A stretch of DNA of 63,557 nt, filler included, from Octopus bimaculoides (taxonomy: Eukaryota): assembly GCF_001194135.2 (NCBI RefSeq). It is 9 parts of 7 records of this genome, joined end to end, with 100 filler letters (N's around TTAATTAATTAA, not from the genome) between each part and the next. Parts side by side here need not be neighbours in the genome. Positions count along the whole stretch, not along the records: positions 23,129 to 26,031 come from NC_068996.1; positions 26,132 to 35,342 come from NC_068985.1; positions 35,443 to 42,164 come from NC_068996.1; 6 more parts are not named here. One strand, 5' to 3'. Of the stretch, positions 23,198-36,948 are shown one piece after another (position 1 is the stretch's first letter; each line of letters opens with the position of its first letter). The notes under the pieces were generated by a model that was not told the origin of the DNA, made no database searches, and worked only from the letters and a program-made list of their open reading frames with translations. The position numbers and the translations under genes are program-made.

Positions 23198-24112
23198 TAT
23201 CTTGGGTTGTCCGGAAAGTTTGTGCCGATTTTTAAAGGAAAGAAAAAGGTCAATAAATACTTGCCATTTCATTTTTAATCAGCCAAATATAAACCATTTT
23301 GTTGCACAATGCGTCTCCATCTTTCCTTTAACTTGAAAATACCCTCTTCCCAGAATTGAGGTGGTTTCACGGCAAAGAATTCACCAAGGTATCTTATTAC
23401 ATCATCCAAGGAATTGAAATTTTTACGATTAAGACTATTCTGCAGAGACCTGAATAAGTGGAAATCTGAAGGAGCAATATCTGGTGAATATGAAAGGTGG
23501 AGTAACACATCCCAGCCGAACTGCAGCAATTTTTGTTTGGTTCCCAAAGAAATGTGCAGTCTTGCATTATCATACTGGAAAACAACACCCTTCCTATTGA
23601 CCAATTCTGGACATTTCTCTTGAATTGTTGCTTTTAACTCGTCCAGTTGTGTGCAGTATTTCTCAGAATTAAGCTCATAGTACAGAATTCCTTTCCAATC
23701 TTACCAGACACAAAGCAAGACTTTTTTAGGGTGAAGACCTACTTTTGGGATGGCTAAGGGTGGCTCATGTCGCTTACTCCAGGGCTGCTTTCTCTGAACA
23801 TTTCGGTAGATAATCCATTTCTCATCACCTGTCACAATTTGCTTTAAAAAAGGTGCATTTTCATTCCATTTATAAAGTGAATCACAGATGGAAATGCGAT
23901 CCAAAAAGGTTCTTCTCACTCAACTCATGTGGTACCCAAACATTGTAGCGATTCGTGTACCCAAGCTTTACCAGCTGCTCATGAACAACAGAATTTGATA
24001 GGTTGGGGCTTTCTGCCAATTCTCGGGTTGTACAATGTGGGTTATTCTCAATTAATGACTTGATTTGGTCATCATCTGTAGTGGATGTTCTGCCTGATCA
24101 CTCTTTATCAAT
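23198..24112 (-). mobile_element. Mariner (DD34D) transposase pseudogene, 5'-truncated
   Basis: VWVPHELSE, IVTGDEKWIIY, QYDNARLH and YSPDIAPSDFHLF with 34 residues between 2nd and 3rd Asp; stops and frameshifts; one TIR TTGGGTTGTCCGGAAAGTT near 23202. Confidence 0.92.
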
Positions 24113-24235
24113 GACACTCCTTGGACCCTAAGTAAGGCGTGTGTAAAATTTGAATGAAATCGGTTGGGTAGTTCTTAAGTTTTAGTGATGCGCACATACA
24201 GACAGACACACATTCTCAGTTTTATATATATAGAT
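24113..24235 (+). mobile_element. Helitron/Helentron-type non-autonomous 3' end
   Basis: AAATTTGAATGAAATCGGTTGGGTAGTT...ACAGACAGAC...TTTTATATATATAGAT layout resembles Lep1/DINE-1-type termini. Confidence 0.4.
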
Positions 24236-24240
24236 AGATG

Positions 24241-24401
24241 ACAGGCTTCTTTCAGTTTCTGTCTACCAAATCCACTCACAAGACCTTGGTCAGTCTGAGG
24301 CTATAGTAGAAGACACTTGCCAAAGGTGCCAACCAGTGGGACTGAATCCAGGACCACGTGGTTAGAAAGCAAGCTTCTTACTACACAGCCATGCCCGCAC
24401 C
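24241..24401 (-). mobile_element. tRNA-derived SINE, family A (5' half)
   Basis: Reverse complement of the 41897 head and core. Confidence 0.8.
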
Positions 24402-25240
24402 TAGTATGTTTTTTCTTAAGTATATTTTTCTGGCAAATCAAGAATTTTTCATTCAGTATTCCAGAAATGTGGATAAAGCATTGGTCTTTGATATTTTAGG
24501 CTTTTCTATTCTTAATCTTCCAGTTGTCATTTTGTTAACATAAAACCGAACTCTCTGGATATTTGTTTTAATGCACACACCTGTATATAAATATATATAG
24601 ATAGAGAGAGAGAGAAATTTGCCTTTCACACTTCCAGGTTCATAAATTGGAACAGGACAAGTGAATGCAGCTGTTTGGACACTGCTGATTTGTCACCGCT
24701 GGCTAGATACTGAACTTGTTTTGATGCCAGTACTTTTTGGCACAGGAGGCAACAGAGAGAATGAGAGCATTCGTACACACAGAAGCAGAGATAAAGAAGG
24801 GGCATGAGAGAGAACAAGAGAAACATTAAATGAATTTCTGACTGTTATTTATACAAAACACATCCCTATTTCACTTATGCATAATGAAAACATTCGCATA
24901 AATAGTGTAAGTGAGTAAAAAGTGAAAGAGACAATATAATCAACTGGAATAGTTAAATAGGAATTATGAAAGATTATCTTGCATATAATAAAACAACAAA
25001 TAGAGTGAGAGTGAATGACAGTCAGAAACACTAAATGCAAACTATATTAAAAGGTTTTGCTCTGGTGTTACTGGTATTTTAATCAAAATGATACTTGCAA
25101 ATTTTTAGTGTAAATTGTATTTAGTATATCAGTTTCACAAACACACACACAGAGGCACACACATACATATTTGTATGCATATGCTTAAATGTATATAAAT
25201 ATGCATGTGTATGTATATGTGTGTATCTTGTATCTTATAC

Positions 25241-25694
25241 CTGTTTTAGTCATTAGACTTGTACTTGTACTTTATTTGTACTTGTTTTAATCATTAGACT
25301 GGACTGCAGCTGTGCTGGGTCACGACCTTGGATTTTTAGTTAAATGAATCAACCCCAATACTTACTTTTTAAGCTTGGTACTTATTCTGTCAGTCTCTTT
25401 TGACAAACCGCTAAGTTATGGGGATGCAAATGCACCAACTCCAGCTGTTAAGTGGTAGTGGTGGTGGTGATGGAGACAAGCTCAGACAGAAAGACCCACA
25501 CATATAAATATACATACATATACTTATATGTGATGGGTTTCTTTTCAGTTTCCATCTACCAAATCCACTCACAAGATTTTGGTGAGCCTGAGGCTATAGT
25601 GGAAAACACTTGCTTAAGGTACAATGCAGTGGGACTGAATCCAGAACCATGAGGTTGGGAAGCAAGCGTCTTACCACACAGCCATACCTGCACC
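25241..25694 (-). mobile_element. tRNA-derived SINE, family A (near full length, diverged)
   Basis: 3' module, central microsatellite and tRNA-like head all present in reverse orientation. Confidence 0.8.
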
Positions 25695-26131
25695 TGTATG
25701 TATATATATATATATATATACAATTAAACCTTGGGAGAGGCATTATGCCGGTAATGAACACACGCACTGGTTCAGTCCTTTATTAGTTTATATAGTTTTT
25801 TGTTAAATTATTTCATTGCACTCTTGCAATCTCTTCAGTAACTTGTCTCTCCACTTCCATTTATTTTGAATATATGATCTGGCGTTGTTTTCGCGTTGTT
25901 TTGAAACTGTTTGGTATGAGCATGTGAGTGTGTGCAAGCTCGTATGTGTGCACGCTCATATGTGTGCACGCACTTATGTGTTCGTGCTTATATGTAAGTA
26001 TGTGCGTCCATATGTGTGTTTGTAACAATTTNNNNNNNNNNNNNNNNNNNNNNNNNNNNNNNNNNNNNNNNNNNNTTAATTAATTAANNNNNNNNNNNNN
26101 NNNNNNNNNNNNNNNNNNNNNNNNNNNNNNN

Positions 26132-26192
<61 letters not shown>

Positions 26193-26419
26193 TATATACA
26201 AACAATTTCCACAATCAACGTAAAAATTCTCACAAGAAATTAGTTTAGATTTCAAACAGTCTGAACCGAAAACAAACAGAATAAAAAAAACCTGCCACAA
26301 NNNNNNNNNNTCTATAGATCAACTGTATTGAACAATTATAGAAGCAAGCCTTACATGGCAGTTATTGTCCCGAACTGGAAGCCATGGATATAAATAGCAA
26401 CAATAACGTTCCCATGTTA

Positions 26420-26660
26420 ATTATGGATATAACAAGACCAAATGACTATAATATTGTACAGAAACGTGTTGAAGAGCTGAGGAAAATATTACCGATAATG
26501 TTGTTGAGCTTAAAACGCCATGGCAGTTAAGGTATGTGACTATCATCACAGTTGATATTGACAGAACTGGAGTGAGATACTACCATTTCTCTAAAAAACA
26601 CTTCTAAATTAACTCTAAGGATAGATATGGGTACGTTCCAGAATATCAATGTTAGGGTTT
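26420..26660 (+). mobile_element. Highly degenerate R4/Dong-like RLE remnant
   Basis: LIMDITRPNDYNIVQKRVEEL and VELKTPWQLRYVTIITVDI resemble IIDIAVP.D..V..KE.EK and ELK.LW.L..V.IIP.VI. Confidence 0.45.
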
Positions 26661-27415
26661 ATAAACATTGTTAAGTTATTCTCACATAGTGTTTACTATC
26701 AGCATCCATGTTAACTCTAAATACTTCTATACACATTTACTTTTAAACATTCTTGTTCACCTTGAACGCTTCCGTTAACTTTCAATATTTTCATTAACCA
26801 TGAACATTTTTTTTGTTAGCTTTGACTACTTCCATGCTTATATTTTCAAGATGTACCTCGAATAATAAATCTAATATTTTAGATTTTAGAAGATTACCTT
26901 AATAATTACACTGTGTAACAATTTTTTCTTTTCTCTCTTTGGTCAGTAAGTCTTATTTTCTATTTGCTTCTACCTAGAAATATAAAGAAAAGGACTGCTA
27001 TTCCCTTCAAACTACTTTTGTGACCTGGACACCAATATTTTGAAACTGACCTATTTTCCATTACATTTCAGACAGATTCAGCGCTGTGTTGCTGAAACAG
27101 AAATATAGTTATAGCAAATAACCATGTGTTGAAAGGAATTCTTTTGAGTTTGAGTAAAATGTAACAAAAGCAAAGTTTGAATGAAATATTAGCCATTTTT
27201 CGTAAGCAAATAGGAAATAACAATTGCTACCCAAGGACAAAAATAGTGTTACACAGTGTGACCTAATATTTTTTTTTTCTTTTTTCTGCAGTAGGCCTAA
27301 TGAGTGAAATTTGAGGGTTGGGGGTCTATCCGATTGCATCAACTTCAGTACTTTTCTGGTATTTATTTCACCGACGCCGAAAGAATGAAAGGCCATAATA
27401 ATAATAATAATAATG

Positions 27416-27597
27416 ATCTTTTCAAATTTTGGCACAAGGGAGGCAGGAGAAAAGTCAATTAGAGAGACCCAGTACTTGACTGGTACTTTATTTTATCGTC
27501 CCCGAAAGTTGACCCAAGCGAAATTTGAATTCAGAACATTAAGAGCAAGAAGAAATGCTGTTAAGCATTTTGCTCGGCGTGCTAACGATTTTGCCTG
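27416..27597 (-). mobile_element. tRNA-derived SINE, family B (a second truncated copy lies at about 27296-27395)
   Basis: TTTTGGCACAAGG..CCCAGTACTTGACTGGTACTTTATTTT..AATTTGAATTCAGAAC..GGCGTGCTAACGATT. Confidence 0.7.
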
Positions 27598-28225
27598 AAA
27601 CAGAATATAATATTGAAAACAAAAACAAAGAAGAATTTAACGGAAACAGAATATGAAAACGCAAAATACTCGCAAAATCTATCTTAGAAATAAAGAATAT
27701 ATATATTAAACGAAACAAAAAAAAACAAAACAAAATGAAACATAAAACTAATCATCATGTTTCCTTGAGAAAATAAACACCTCACTTTTCATAATTTCGT
27801 AATTCACCCAACTGCGTTAGCTGTTAGGGCGTTGAACTCCAGGTCATAAAGTCAGGCTTCAATTCATGGAACGGGTAAATGAGTGTGGTGCATTGTGTTC
27901 TTGAGTAAAACACTCCATTCCATGTTGATCCAGTCCATTCAACTGTAGATATAAGTATCAAACGAGTGCAAGTGCAGCACACTCTCCCTCTATCTGTCAC
28001 ATCCTGGATGTTCCCTTAGATCAAGGTTAGGAGGACCAAGAGTGTGTCTATATCTGCTCGTGACTTCATAGGTATCTCAAACAATTAGTATCGTACAACA
28101 TGCTAGCTGATCATACTCGCTTGCGAATGACGGCTGTGTTTGAATATATATATATATATATGCGTGTATGTGTGTGTGTATGTGTGTATTACATATATAT
28201 ATATATATTATACATATATTATACG

Positions 28226-28262
<37 letters not shown>

Positions 28263-28265
28263 ATG

Positions 28266-28319
<54 letters not shown>

Positions 28320-30429
28320 CGTGTGTTCTTTTATACTATATATTACATCATATTCTATATGTACATGTATGTATATAATGTTATAATGAACAATATATTT
28401 AATTTAGTGCTAACATCTTTATTAATTGGTAGGTTAAAAAGCTAATTAGAAATTATTATGTGGTTAAGAAAGTGTAATATTAGTCAGTAGTTTACGTTTT
28501 AATTATTTCGGAAATTATTGGGAAAAGTTCCGTGAATGTTTCGATATATTACGACGTCATCCACGAAACATAGTCTTCACTGTACGTGCAGAAACATTCA
28601 TGAGAGAATCACTCACTAAATGTAAAATTAGTCCTGAAGATGGCTTAGGAAAATCGAAATGTTCAGGGAATATGTTACGCATAGATGCATCTGCATGAAA
28701 ACAAAAGTTAAGTGCTAACGTATTTAATGCAAAGGAACATTATATAGCTAAATGGAAACAAGGAGGATTAGAATGAAGTCAGTAAAGACAGAATCTAGTT
28801 GTTCGTTGTCTTCACAATTGTACATACACATAAAGGAATAATGGATAGATAGACAGATAGACAGACAGATAGACAGAGAGACAGAGAGACAGATATGTAA
28901 AAGAATCAACTGTGATTATGATGAAATACATATATTAATGTTGCATATTATAAATAGAAGGCTTTCTGAAAACATATTCAAAACCAGTTTCAGGACGCGC
29001 TAAAGATATATCTCAGTTTGTCGATATTTGGCTGTTTTTAGATCTCGTGCTGTCGTCAGCAATTTGCGATTAATTCTGGCAGCTACAGTTCCGGGGTCCA
29101 TACACTGGCGTCTCCAAGACTTCTCAGAGAATGTTCCTGGAAAAAGAAAGAAAAAGAAAAATTTAATCGTTTATATTTTACTTGTTTCAGTCTTTGGACT
29201 GCAGGTCTGCTAGGGTACCGCCTTGAAGGGTTTTAGTCAAACGATTCTGTCCGCAATACTTATTTTGAAGCGTAGTATTTATTCTACCGCTCCTTTACGC
29301 TGAACCGCTAAATTACGAGGACGTAAACAAACCAGCACCGATTTCAAGCGGTAGTGGGGGACAAACACAAACATACACACATACATTTATATATATATAT
29401 ATATNNNNNNNNNNNNNNNNNNNNNNNNNNNNNNNNNNNNNNNNNNNNNNNNNNNNNNNNNNNNNNNNNNNNNNNNNNNNNNNNNNNNNNNNNNNNNNNN
29501 NNNNNNNNNNNNNNNNNNNNNNNNNNNNNNNNNNNNNNNNNNNNNNNNNNNNNNNNNNNNNNNNNNNNNNNNNNNNNNNNNNNNNNNNNNNNNNNNNNNN
29601 NNNNNNNNNNNNNNNNNNNNNNNNNNNNNNNNNNNNNNNNNNNNNNNNNNNNNNNNNNNNNNNNNNNNNNNNNNNNNNNNNNNNNNNNNNNNNNNNNNNN
29701 NNNNNNNNNNNNNNNNNNNNNNNNNNNNNNNNNNNNNNNNNNNNNNNNNNNNNNNNNNNNNNNNNNNNNNNNNNNNNNNNNNNNNNNNNNNNNNNNNNNN
29801 NNNNNNNNNNNNNNNNNNNNNNNNNNNNNNNNNNNNNNNNNNNNNNNNNNNNNNNNNNNNNNNNNNNNNNNNNNNNNNNNNNNNNNNNNNNNNNNNNNNN
29901 NNNNNNNNNNNNNNNNNNNNNNNNNNNNNNNNNNNNNNNNNNNNNNNNNNNNNNNNNNNNNNNNNNNNNNNNNNNNNNNNNNNNNNNNTAGTTATATTTG
30001 TTACATTAAATAACTATTATAGAATATTACCGGTTTCGATGTGTATGTCCGTCTTTTTAAATATTAAAAATTTAAAGTCAAGGATTAAGAAATAAAAAAT
30101 TAGGAATTAATAAAAAAAATTAGAAATTAAAACAGTTTGTACTCGTATTCTTAGCGTAGTTAAGAACACGTCCTTAATTTACAAGGCTGTGAAGGAAAGC
30201 ATCTTGTTTTGTTCATCATCCTTTAAATAACCAATTACTAATCGTTCGTTTGATTAATTTATCGTTCAGTCAATCGATCTATCAGCTAGGTTCGTAAAAG
30301 TCCTTTCGTTCCCATTCGCGACCTTGTCAATGACATGCTCTCACTACTACTGGTCTGGTCTGCTCTGGAGATATTCTTCTTCATTGCAAGCAAATATAGA
30401 GTTCTAGACACTAAGTTACGTGCCATAAA

Positions 30430-31190
30430 TGAGATATGTACAAAAGAACGGTGTAGGTTATCCGATAGCCACAGAAAGCTATGAGTTGTTTACAAAGAAG
30501 ACACCATCAACAAGAGCGTTATACACAGATGAATGAAGAAGTTTAAGGAAAGAAACCAACACTGAAGACAAACCAGGCTGTGGTGGGAGGATATCGACTG
30601 CGATTACTGACCCGAATCGATAGTGAGTGGACAAACTGATTTGCGGGGAACAGATAAATCACATCTGAACTTGCTGCACAGCTGAACTTTGGTCACAATA
30701 CTTTTCAGAAGATGGAAGACTGGATACTGGAAGTGTGTGCAAATTGGTAAGCACGACAGTTGACAACCGATTTGAAGAAGAGAAGGGTGGAAATTTGTTT
30801 TGATCTACTAGAAGTTTCTGAAGCCAATAAAATACACTTTTCCTCTCGATCTAATGACATGAGTTGAAATGTGAGGGAATGTTTATAATCTGGAGTGTTA
30901 TCACGCCTTTTCTCCAAGGCCTAAGAAGTTTGAGAGCCAACAACTGGCACAGAAGTTCATAGCGACTTTTCTTTCGGATGACAAGGGTATCATGTTCCTT
31001 AATGGTCAGGAATGTGACTGTATCAGGAACAGCAAGCGGTACACTGAGACACACAAAAGGGTTGAAGAAGCCATTAAGAGAGGAAAACGAACAATCCACA
31101 CATTCACCAGGACAATGCAACCATACATTTCAGCAACCAATTAAGCAATCAGCACATTGATCTGGCCGATGGTTTCCCGCCTCTAATTCA
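30430..31190 (+). mobile_element. Old mariner transposase pseudogene of a third lineage
   Basis: Fragments INKSVIHR*MKKFKE, ELAAQLNFGH, GYWKVCANW.ARQLT, RRVEICFDLL, SPRPKKF and HQDNAT; many indels. Confidence 0.65.
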
Positions 31191-31546
31191 TAGCGTCCAA
31201 TTCCTGGATCAAAGCAACGTTGCTCCAGTCTATTCAGGTGTACTGAGTACCAGCCGGCTGCAGGTGTAACCCTCCCTCATCTTCCAAATATTACATTCTA
31301 GATGCTCTGTTGCCTAATCGTTGGAGAGCCACGTGGATGTCTATGTATACTCGAGACTTCGTAGCAACCTAAACTCCCTCGCGAGTGAAGACTGGCTATA
31401 CTGTCAGCAAAATGGAGAGGTAGACATTGGATAAAGTAGTCCTCGATATGCTATGTCCGAAAGAAATACGAGATGACCATACTTGAAATGCTTATGCTCG
31501 TCTGTTCAGTCGTATTAAATCTAGGGCTACATAACAACCGTTTATA

Positions 31547-31760
31547 ATCCTTTCTGCTATAGGCACAAGGCCTACAATTTTGGGGGAGGGGTAAGTTGAT
31601 TGCATCGACCCCGGTATTTAACTGATACTTATTTTATTGATCCCGAAAGGATGGAAAGCGAAGTCGACCTTAGCGGAATTTGAACACAGAACGTAAAGCC
31701 GATGAAATGCCGCTAAGTAATTTTTCTGGGGTGCTAGCGATTCTGTCATCTCGCCGCCTT
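31547..31760 (-). mobile_element. tRNA-derived SINE, family B (well preserved)
   Basis: AGGCACAAGGCC..ATCGACCCC..ATCCCGAAAGGATGGAAAGCGAAGTCGACCT..GCGGAATTTGAAC..CGCCGCCTT. Confidence 0.85.
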
Positions 31761-32608
31761 ACAACTGTTTATAAAGCGATCAGGTGTCTCTGCACTGTCA
31801 CACAGCATGTTTGAAATAGCCACCGAATATCTCAGAATTTTCATAAACTATCTTTAAAAAGGGACACTTTAAATAATGGCATAGGAGAAACTTTGGTTGA
31901 AGAACACAAGGAAGTGTCACGGTTGGAACACTTCTGATAGTAGGCTAGTTGGGAGAAAACTGACCTAGGGTTAAACAACAGTTTATTTTTATTACGAACC
32001 TTAGTACCACATTGATTTGTAGGATAATTATAACAGACTGCATATTTTCCATTGCATAACTGGTATTGCTGTTCTTGTCATTGTTGACCCTATGTCAGAT
32101 CGAGCTCAATCTATTTTAAGAGAGAGATTTTAAGGTAATTTAGCTGCTATTTCCTGCATGGAGGTCATCTGCCTAGAAACACCTCTATTGGTGTCGATAT
32201 TTTTCGTTCAGCCCCAGGTCAGCATCTGTTATGTAGACCTTTGATCAAAGTTGTCCCAACCTAACTATTCAGGGATGATTTGTATTCAATGAATCAAGTA
32301 CTACATTACACGATGTAGCTTTCATTTTAAGACGGATGATTCGGCAGCCATTTAAAGCAGATCGATCAAACACCTGGTGCCTCCTGCTTTAGCTATTCCT
32401 TTATATATTTTACCAAACCTTTTGGGATAAACAAGAAATAATGACTGCTTTGTAATTTGAACGCAGGACTTGAGAACTAAAACTAGAAAGAGTGCCTAAT
32501 ACAAACACATCATTTCTATTATAAGAGTGAAGAGTGTCACAATAAAAATGGTGAAGAAGTCTCTTGACATTGTTTCCGTACACTTTACTCTATGTATATT
32601 ATGTGTAC

Positions 32609-32742
<134 letters not shown>

Positions 32743-32749
32743 GCACACA

Positions 32750-33000
32750 TCTACTATAACCTCGGGCAGAATAAAACGTTGAGAGTGGATTGAGACGGAA
32801 ACTGAAAGAAACTTGTCGTGTGTGTGTGTGTGTCTGAATTTGTCCTCCACCACCGCTTGACAACCAGTGTTGGAGTGTTTACGTCAACGTAACTTAACGG
32901 TTCGGCAAATGCGTATTGGAGTCGATGCATTTGACCAAAAATTCTTCAAGACAGTGCCCCAGCATAACAGCAGTATAATGACTGAAACAAGTGAAAGATA
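32750..33000 (+). mobile_element. tRNA-derived SINE, family A fragment
   Basis: CTACTATAACCTCGGGC..GACGGAAACTGAAAGAA..GCTTGACAACC..AACTTAACGGTTCGGCAAA. Confidence 0.7.
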
Positions 33001-33161
33001 TAACACTCATAAACATATTTCGTGTTACGTTAAAAAGCGGTGCATGGTACCAAAACTTTTCACTCGAGTCAAATATAAAAAAAATACTCCTAATCGTTGT
33101 TAGAGTACCCGCATAAGCTAAGTCAAGACCGATTAGTTTGTATCGGTATCGATTAGTATTA

Positions 33162-33363
33162 GTTGTTATAATGAAATCAAACGAAATAATATTTCAAAGT
33201 CATTTAATACGTACGTTTCAGGTTTGCGTATATTTTTGAAATGCTTTAACTGAGGAAGGTTTACGTAATGGATGCATTTCCTATCATATATCACCCAAAC
33301 CTGAAACGTTCGTATTAAATGTTTTCAAAATATCATTATTTGATTTGATTTCATTCTTACAAC
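33162..33363. repeat. Fold-back inverted repeat (~65-bp arms)
   Basis: 33201-33226 vs reverse complement of 33296-33321 match at 25 of 26; looser pairing extends to 33162/33363. Confidence 0.85.
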
Positions 33364-34218
33364 GTATATAAACATGTAGGTACATAAATACATACACACA
33401 TGCATACTTACATATATATGTGTGTATGTGTATATGTACGTGTGTGTGTGTGGGTGTTTGTGTGCGTATGTATCTCGAACCAGAGATTCAGTTCGTTTCG
33501 AGGTGAGTCGAGTGTAAGTTCCTGACAAGCTGAAAGACGGCGATATCCACTGATATCAATTCTTTTCATTCACCTTCTGCGCGAACTCTCTCGTCAGTTC
33601 TGAAGTATTCGGTGTTTTTTTTTTAATTCGGTGTCGTAAAGGGACATTTCCAAAGATGCTATCATGCAGCTAATGGACATATGAACAAAACACATGCAGT
33701 ATGTATGTGACATTGATATGTGTGTGTGAAATAAACGAAGTTGAAAATTCACACGTATATGAAAATTATTTAAATTACAATGAAAACACTTAAACGATTC
33801 TGTATGATGTCTTAATTTTGATTTATATACATCTTATATCCTATGTATCGATCACAACATACTGGTATACACCAGTGAAACACGTATGAAGATAATGTAA
33901 ATTATGATGCTATAATAAAGAGCTCAGTTAAATCGCTTTTGTTTTATATGTATAGATAAATAGCTCATTAAACTCCACGATGAATTTTACTGGAATGCAA
34001 GAATACCGTGAATTTCTAATTATAATTGTTACACACACACCCACACACGCACAAAGAGAAAGAGAGAGATAATGTTATTCTTATTTAACCTGGAGCCAAC
34101 GACACAAATACCATCTAAGCAACGAAGAATTGGCTTCCTGGTCACACGGGCTGCTAGAAACACCAACCAAATCCCTACAGGTCCTACTCAAACCTCACCG
34201 TACTGTCTTAAATAATAC

Positions 34219-34431
34219 TTTCTACTATATGTACAAAGCCTGAAATTTTGAGGGAGGAAGGTGGTCAATTCATCGACCCCAATGCAAAACAAGTACTTTA
34301 TTTTATCGACTTCTAAACAATGAAATGTAACGTCGACCACAACGAAATTTTAACTCAGAACGTAAAGCCAACAGAAATGCTGCTAAGCAGTTTTTACCGG
34401 CGTGCTAACGATTCTACCTGCTCGTCGCCTT
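34219..34431 (-). mobile_element. tRNA-derived SINE, family B
   Basis: AAGCCTGAAATTTTGAGGG..ATCGACCCC..CGTCGACC..AACTCAGAACGTAAAG..GGCGTGCTAACGATTCT..CGCCTT. Confidence 0.8.
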
Positions 34432-35278
34432 ATGCTATGTTAAATAATGGACACATTAAAGAACGTAGTCGTATATATTCCTAAAAATTTCTAGAAGGCC
34501 GTAGTGAGAATAATTTTGATCATAGCGTCTAGTGGGTCAAAGTTAACCTAGGGTTAAACAACAACAACATTAGCCACATCAACAAAATAAAAATCTGAAT
34601 TTAATATACAGCCCTCTTATACATAAACTACTTATAATACAAAGAACACAAATATGAAACAAGAATAATATAAACAAAATTTGGCCATTAATTGCTGTAA
34701 AATCGTTGCCTTTTCCACCATTAATTTTAGATTTTGAGAATAATTAACTTCCTCTTCCTTCAGTACGGATGTTTTGATATGAAGTAGGCAGGGTTTCTCC
34801 AACACACCGTAACACCCATCCCTTGATAAAGCTTGTTTGTGATTAGACATGGTTAGAACTTCGGTTAAATCTCAAATCAGTTATTATTATTATTATTATT
34901 ATAAACGAAGCTCTAACCACATATATCTAAGCCACAAAATTTTGTCTTTGTGGTTTCTGGTATATTTATGCATTATGAGAAACCTCATCATATTTTTAAT
35001 GCAGCAAAGAGGAAGATATGAATACTTTTTAATGTTAGCTTATGCGTAGTCATTTTCTTTTCTGATTGATAATAAGTGTAGCCATAGACTTGTTGTTAAG
35101 ACGGTCACTTTGCAACTAATTAGCATCGTTTCAGTCCCCTCACTTCGTGACACATTGGGTAAGTGTCTTCTGCCATGACCCTAAAACGATCAATGCCTTA
35201 TGAGTGAATTTTGGAGACAGAAATTGTGTGGATGCCTATCGTGTATGTGTGCGTGTAATATACACATGTACGTGCATG

Positions 35279-35342
<64 letters not shown>

Positions 35343-35442
35343 NNNNNNNNNNNNNNNNNNNNNNNNNNNNNNNNNNNNNNNNNNNNTTAATTAATTAANN
35401 NNNNNNNNNNNNNNNNNNNNNNNNNNNNNNNNNNNNNNNNNN

Positions 35443-35482
<40 letters not shown>

Positions 35483-36651
35483 CAGTCTTGGATTTTCTTT
35501 CATTTAATGGCAAGATATGGGTCATTTGCCATAATTAAAAAAAATTTATGTTATGGAAAATGAACATTAGGCTACTATCATCATTATCATCAGAATAAAA
35601 TGGTATGAAAACCATAAAAAGAATGCATGATGCCAACACTCCTTAGGAAAAAAGAAATTAAAAAAATAAAAATAAAAAGGTCATTGCAGATGGTAACTGG
35701 CTTGGGAAGGAGAAATAACTGGATTGTTACAGCAGTGTATTACTGGTACACCATCCACAAGATTGCAAGATGAAAATGGGACACCTTTTATCAGAAATGA
35801 TTAGTCATCCTCAAATCAGTAACCTGCACCATCTGTTTTATACACACACATCATTTGTATATAATATACATACACATACTCTGTCCCTGCCTCTTGCTAT
35901 ATTTCTATTTTACACATACACACAGAGAAGGAATCAAAGGAGACATGAACCTGCGCAAGTCACAGCCAAGGCAACCTGCCTTCGAGAACTTGCAGAAGGA
36001 TATTCATAACCTCCGATGCAGACAATCTCTACTGGTGCCAGTTGCACAAGATGTACCAAATTCACACTGTAAAGTGGTTGGCAACTGAAATCATGCTGAG
36101 CACAAACATGGCACACGTATCAGGTTCTAGCCAACGTTTTGTTTGTTAGACTGCAAGGAATGTTAACATATTATGAAACTAATTTAAACAAGATGATATG
36201 CATGTATACACCCCCACACATGTTTGTATGAGATATAATCTCTTGAATTAGATTAATATTGAACAATGCATACTGCTGCTGCACAGTGTTAATACTAATA
36301 GCTTCAACATTTTTAATGAGGGGAAATTAATTATGGAAAGATGAAGTGTAGCCACCCTTCCTAAACCAAGTGATGGACGACAGTGGTGCTGAGACAACTG
36401 ATTATAGAAAAAGATATGTAGCACATTTGGTATTGTACCCTTGTGGAAAGTACATCCTGGTAGATGATAACGATGATGACCATATATTTAGTTTAAAAAA
36501 AAAAAACAAAACAAAACAGAAAAGTGAAAAAATACTACAGTAAAAAGAGAAAAAAAGTACAAATAATAACACAAAGTGTCTGTAAAAAGGTAAATCCACC
36601 AAATGTGAACACTTGAAGAAAAAAGATCAGAAGGAATGAATGGAGTATTCT

Positions 36652-36697
<46 letters not shown>

Positions 36698-36948
36698 GAT
36701 GGGGATTTGGTGAAAAAAAAAGTTTTAGTTTTCAATGGACACAAAAATTTTCTCTTTTGGGGGGGAAAAAAAAAAAAAANNNNNNNNNNNNNNNNNNNNN
36801 NNNNNNNNNNNNNNNNNNNNNGTGTGTGTGTGTGTGTGTGTGTGTGAGGGATGGGGATTTGGTGAAAAAAAAAGTTTTAGTTTTCAATGGACACAAAAAT
36901 TTTCTCTTTTGGGGGGGAAAAAAAAAAAAAAAAAGAAAAAGAAGTCCC

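Noticed and set aside
36690-36930. ~90-bp direct duplication just 3' of the bZIP stop codon
   Set aside because: Copies flank an N gap and end in homopolymer/microsatellite; typical unmerged contig overlap.
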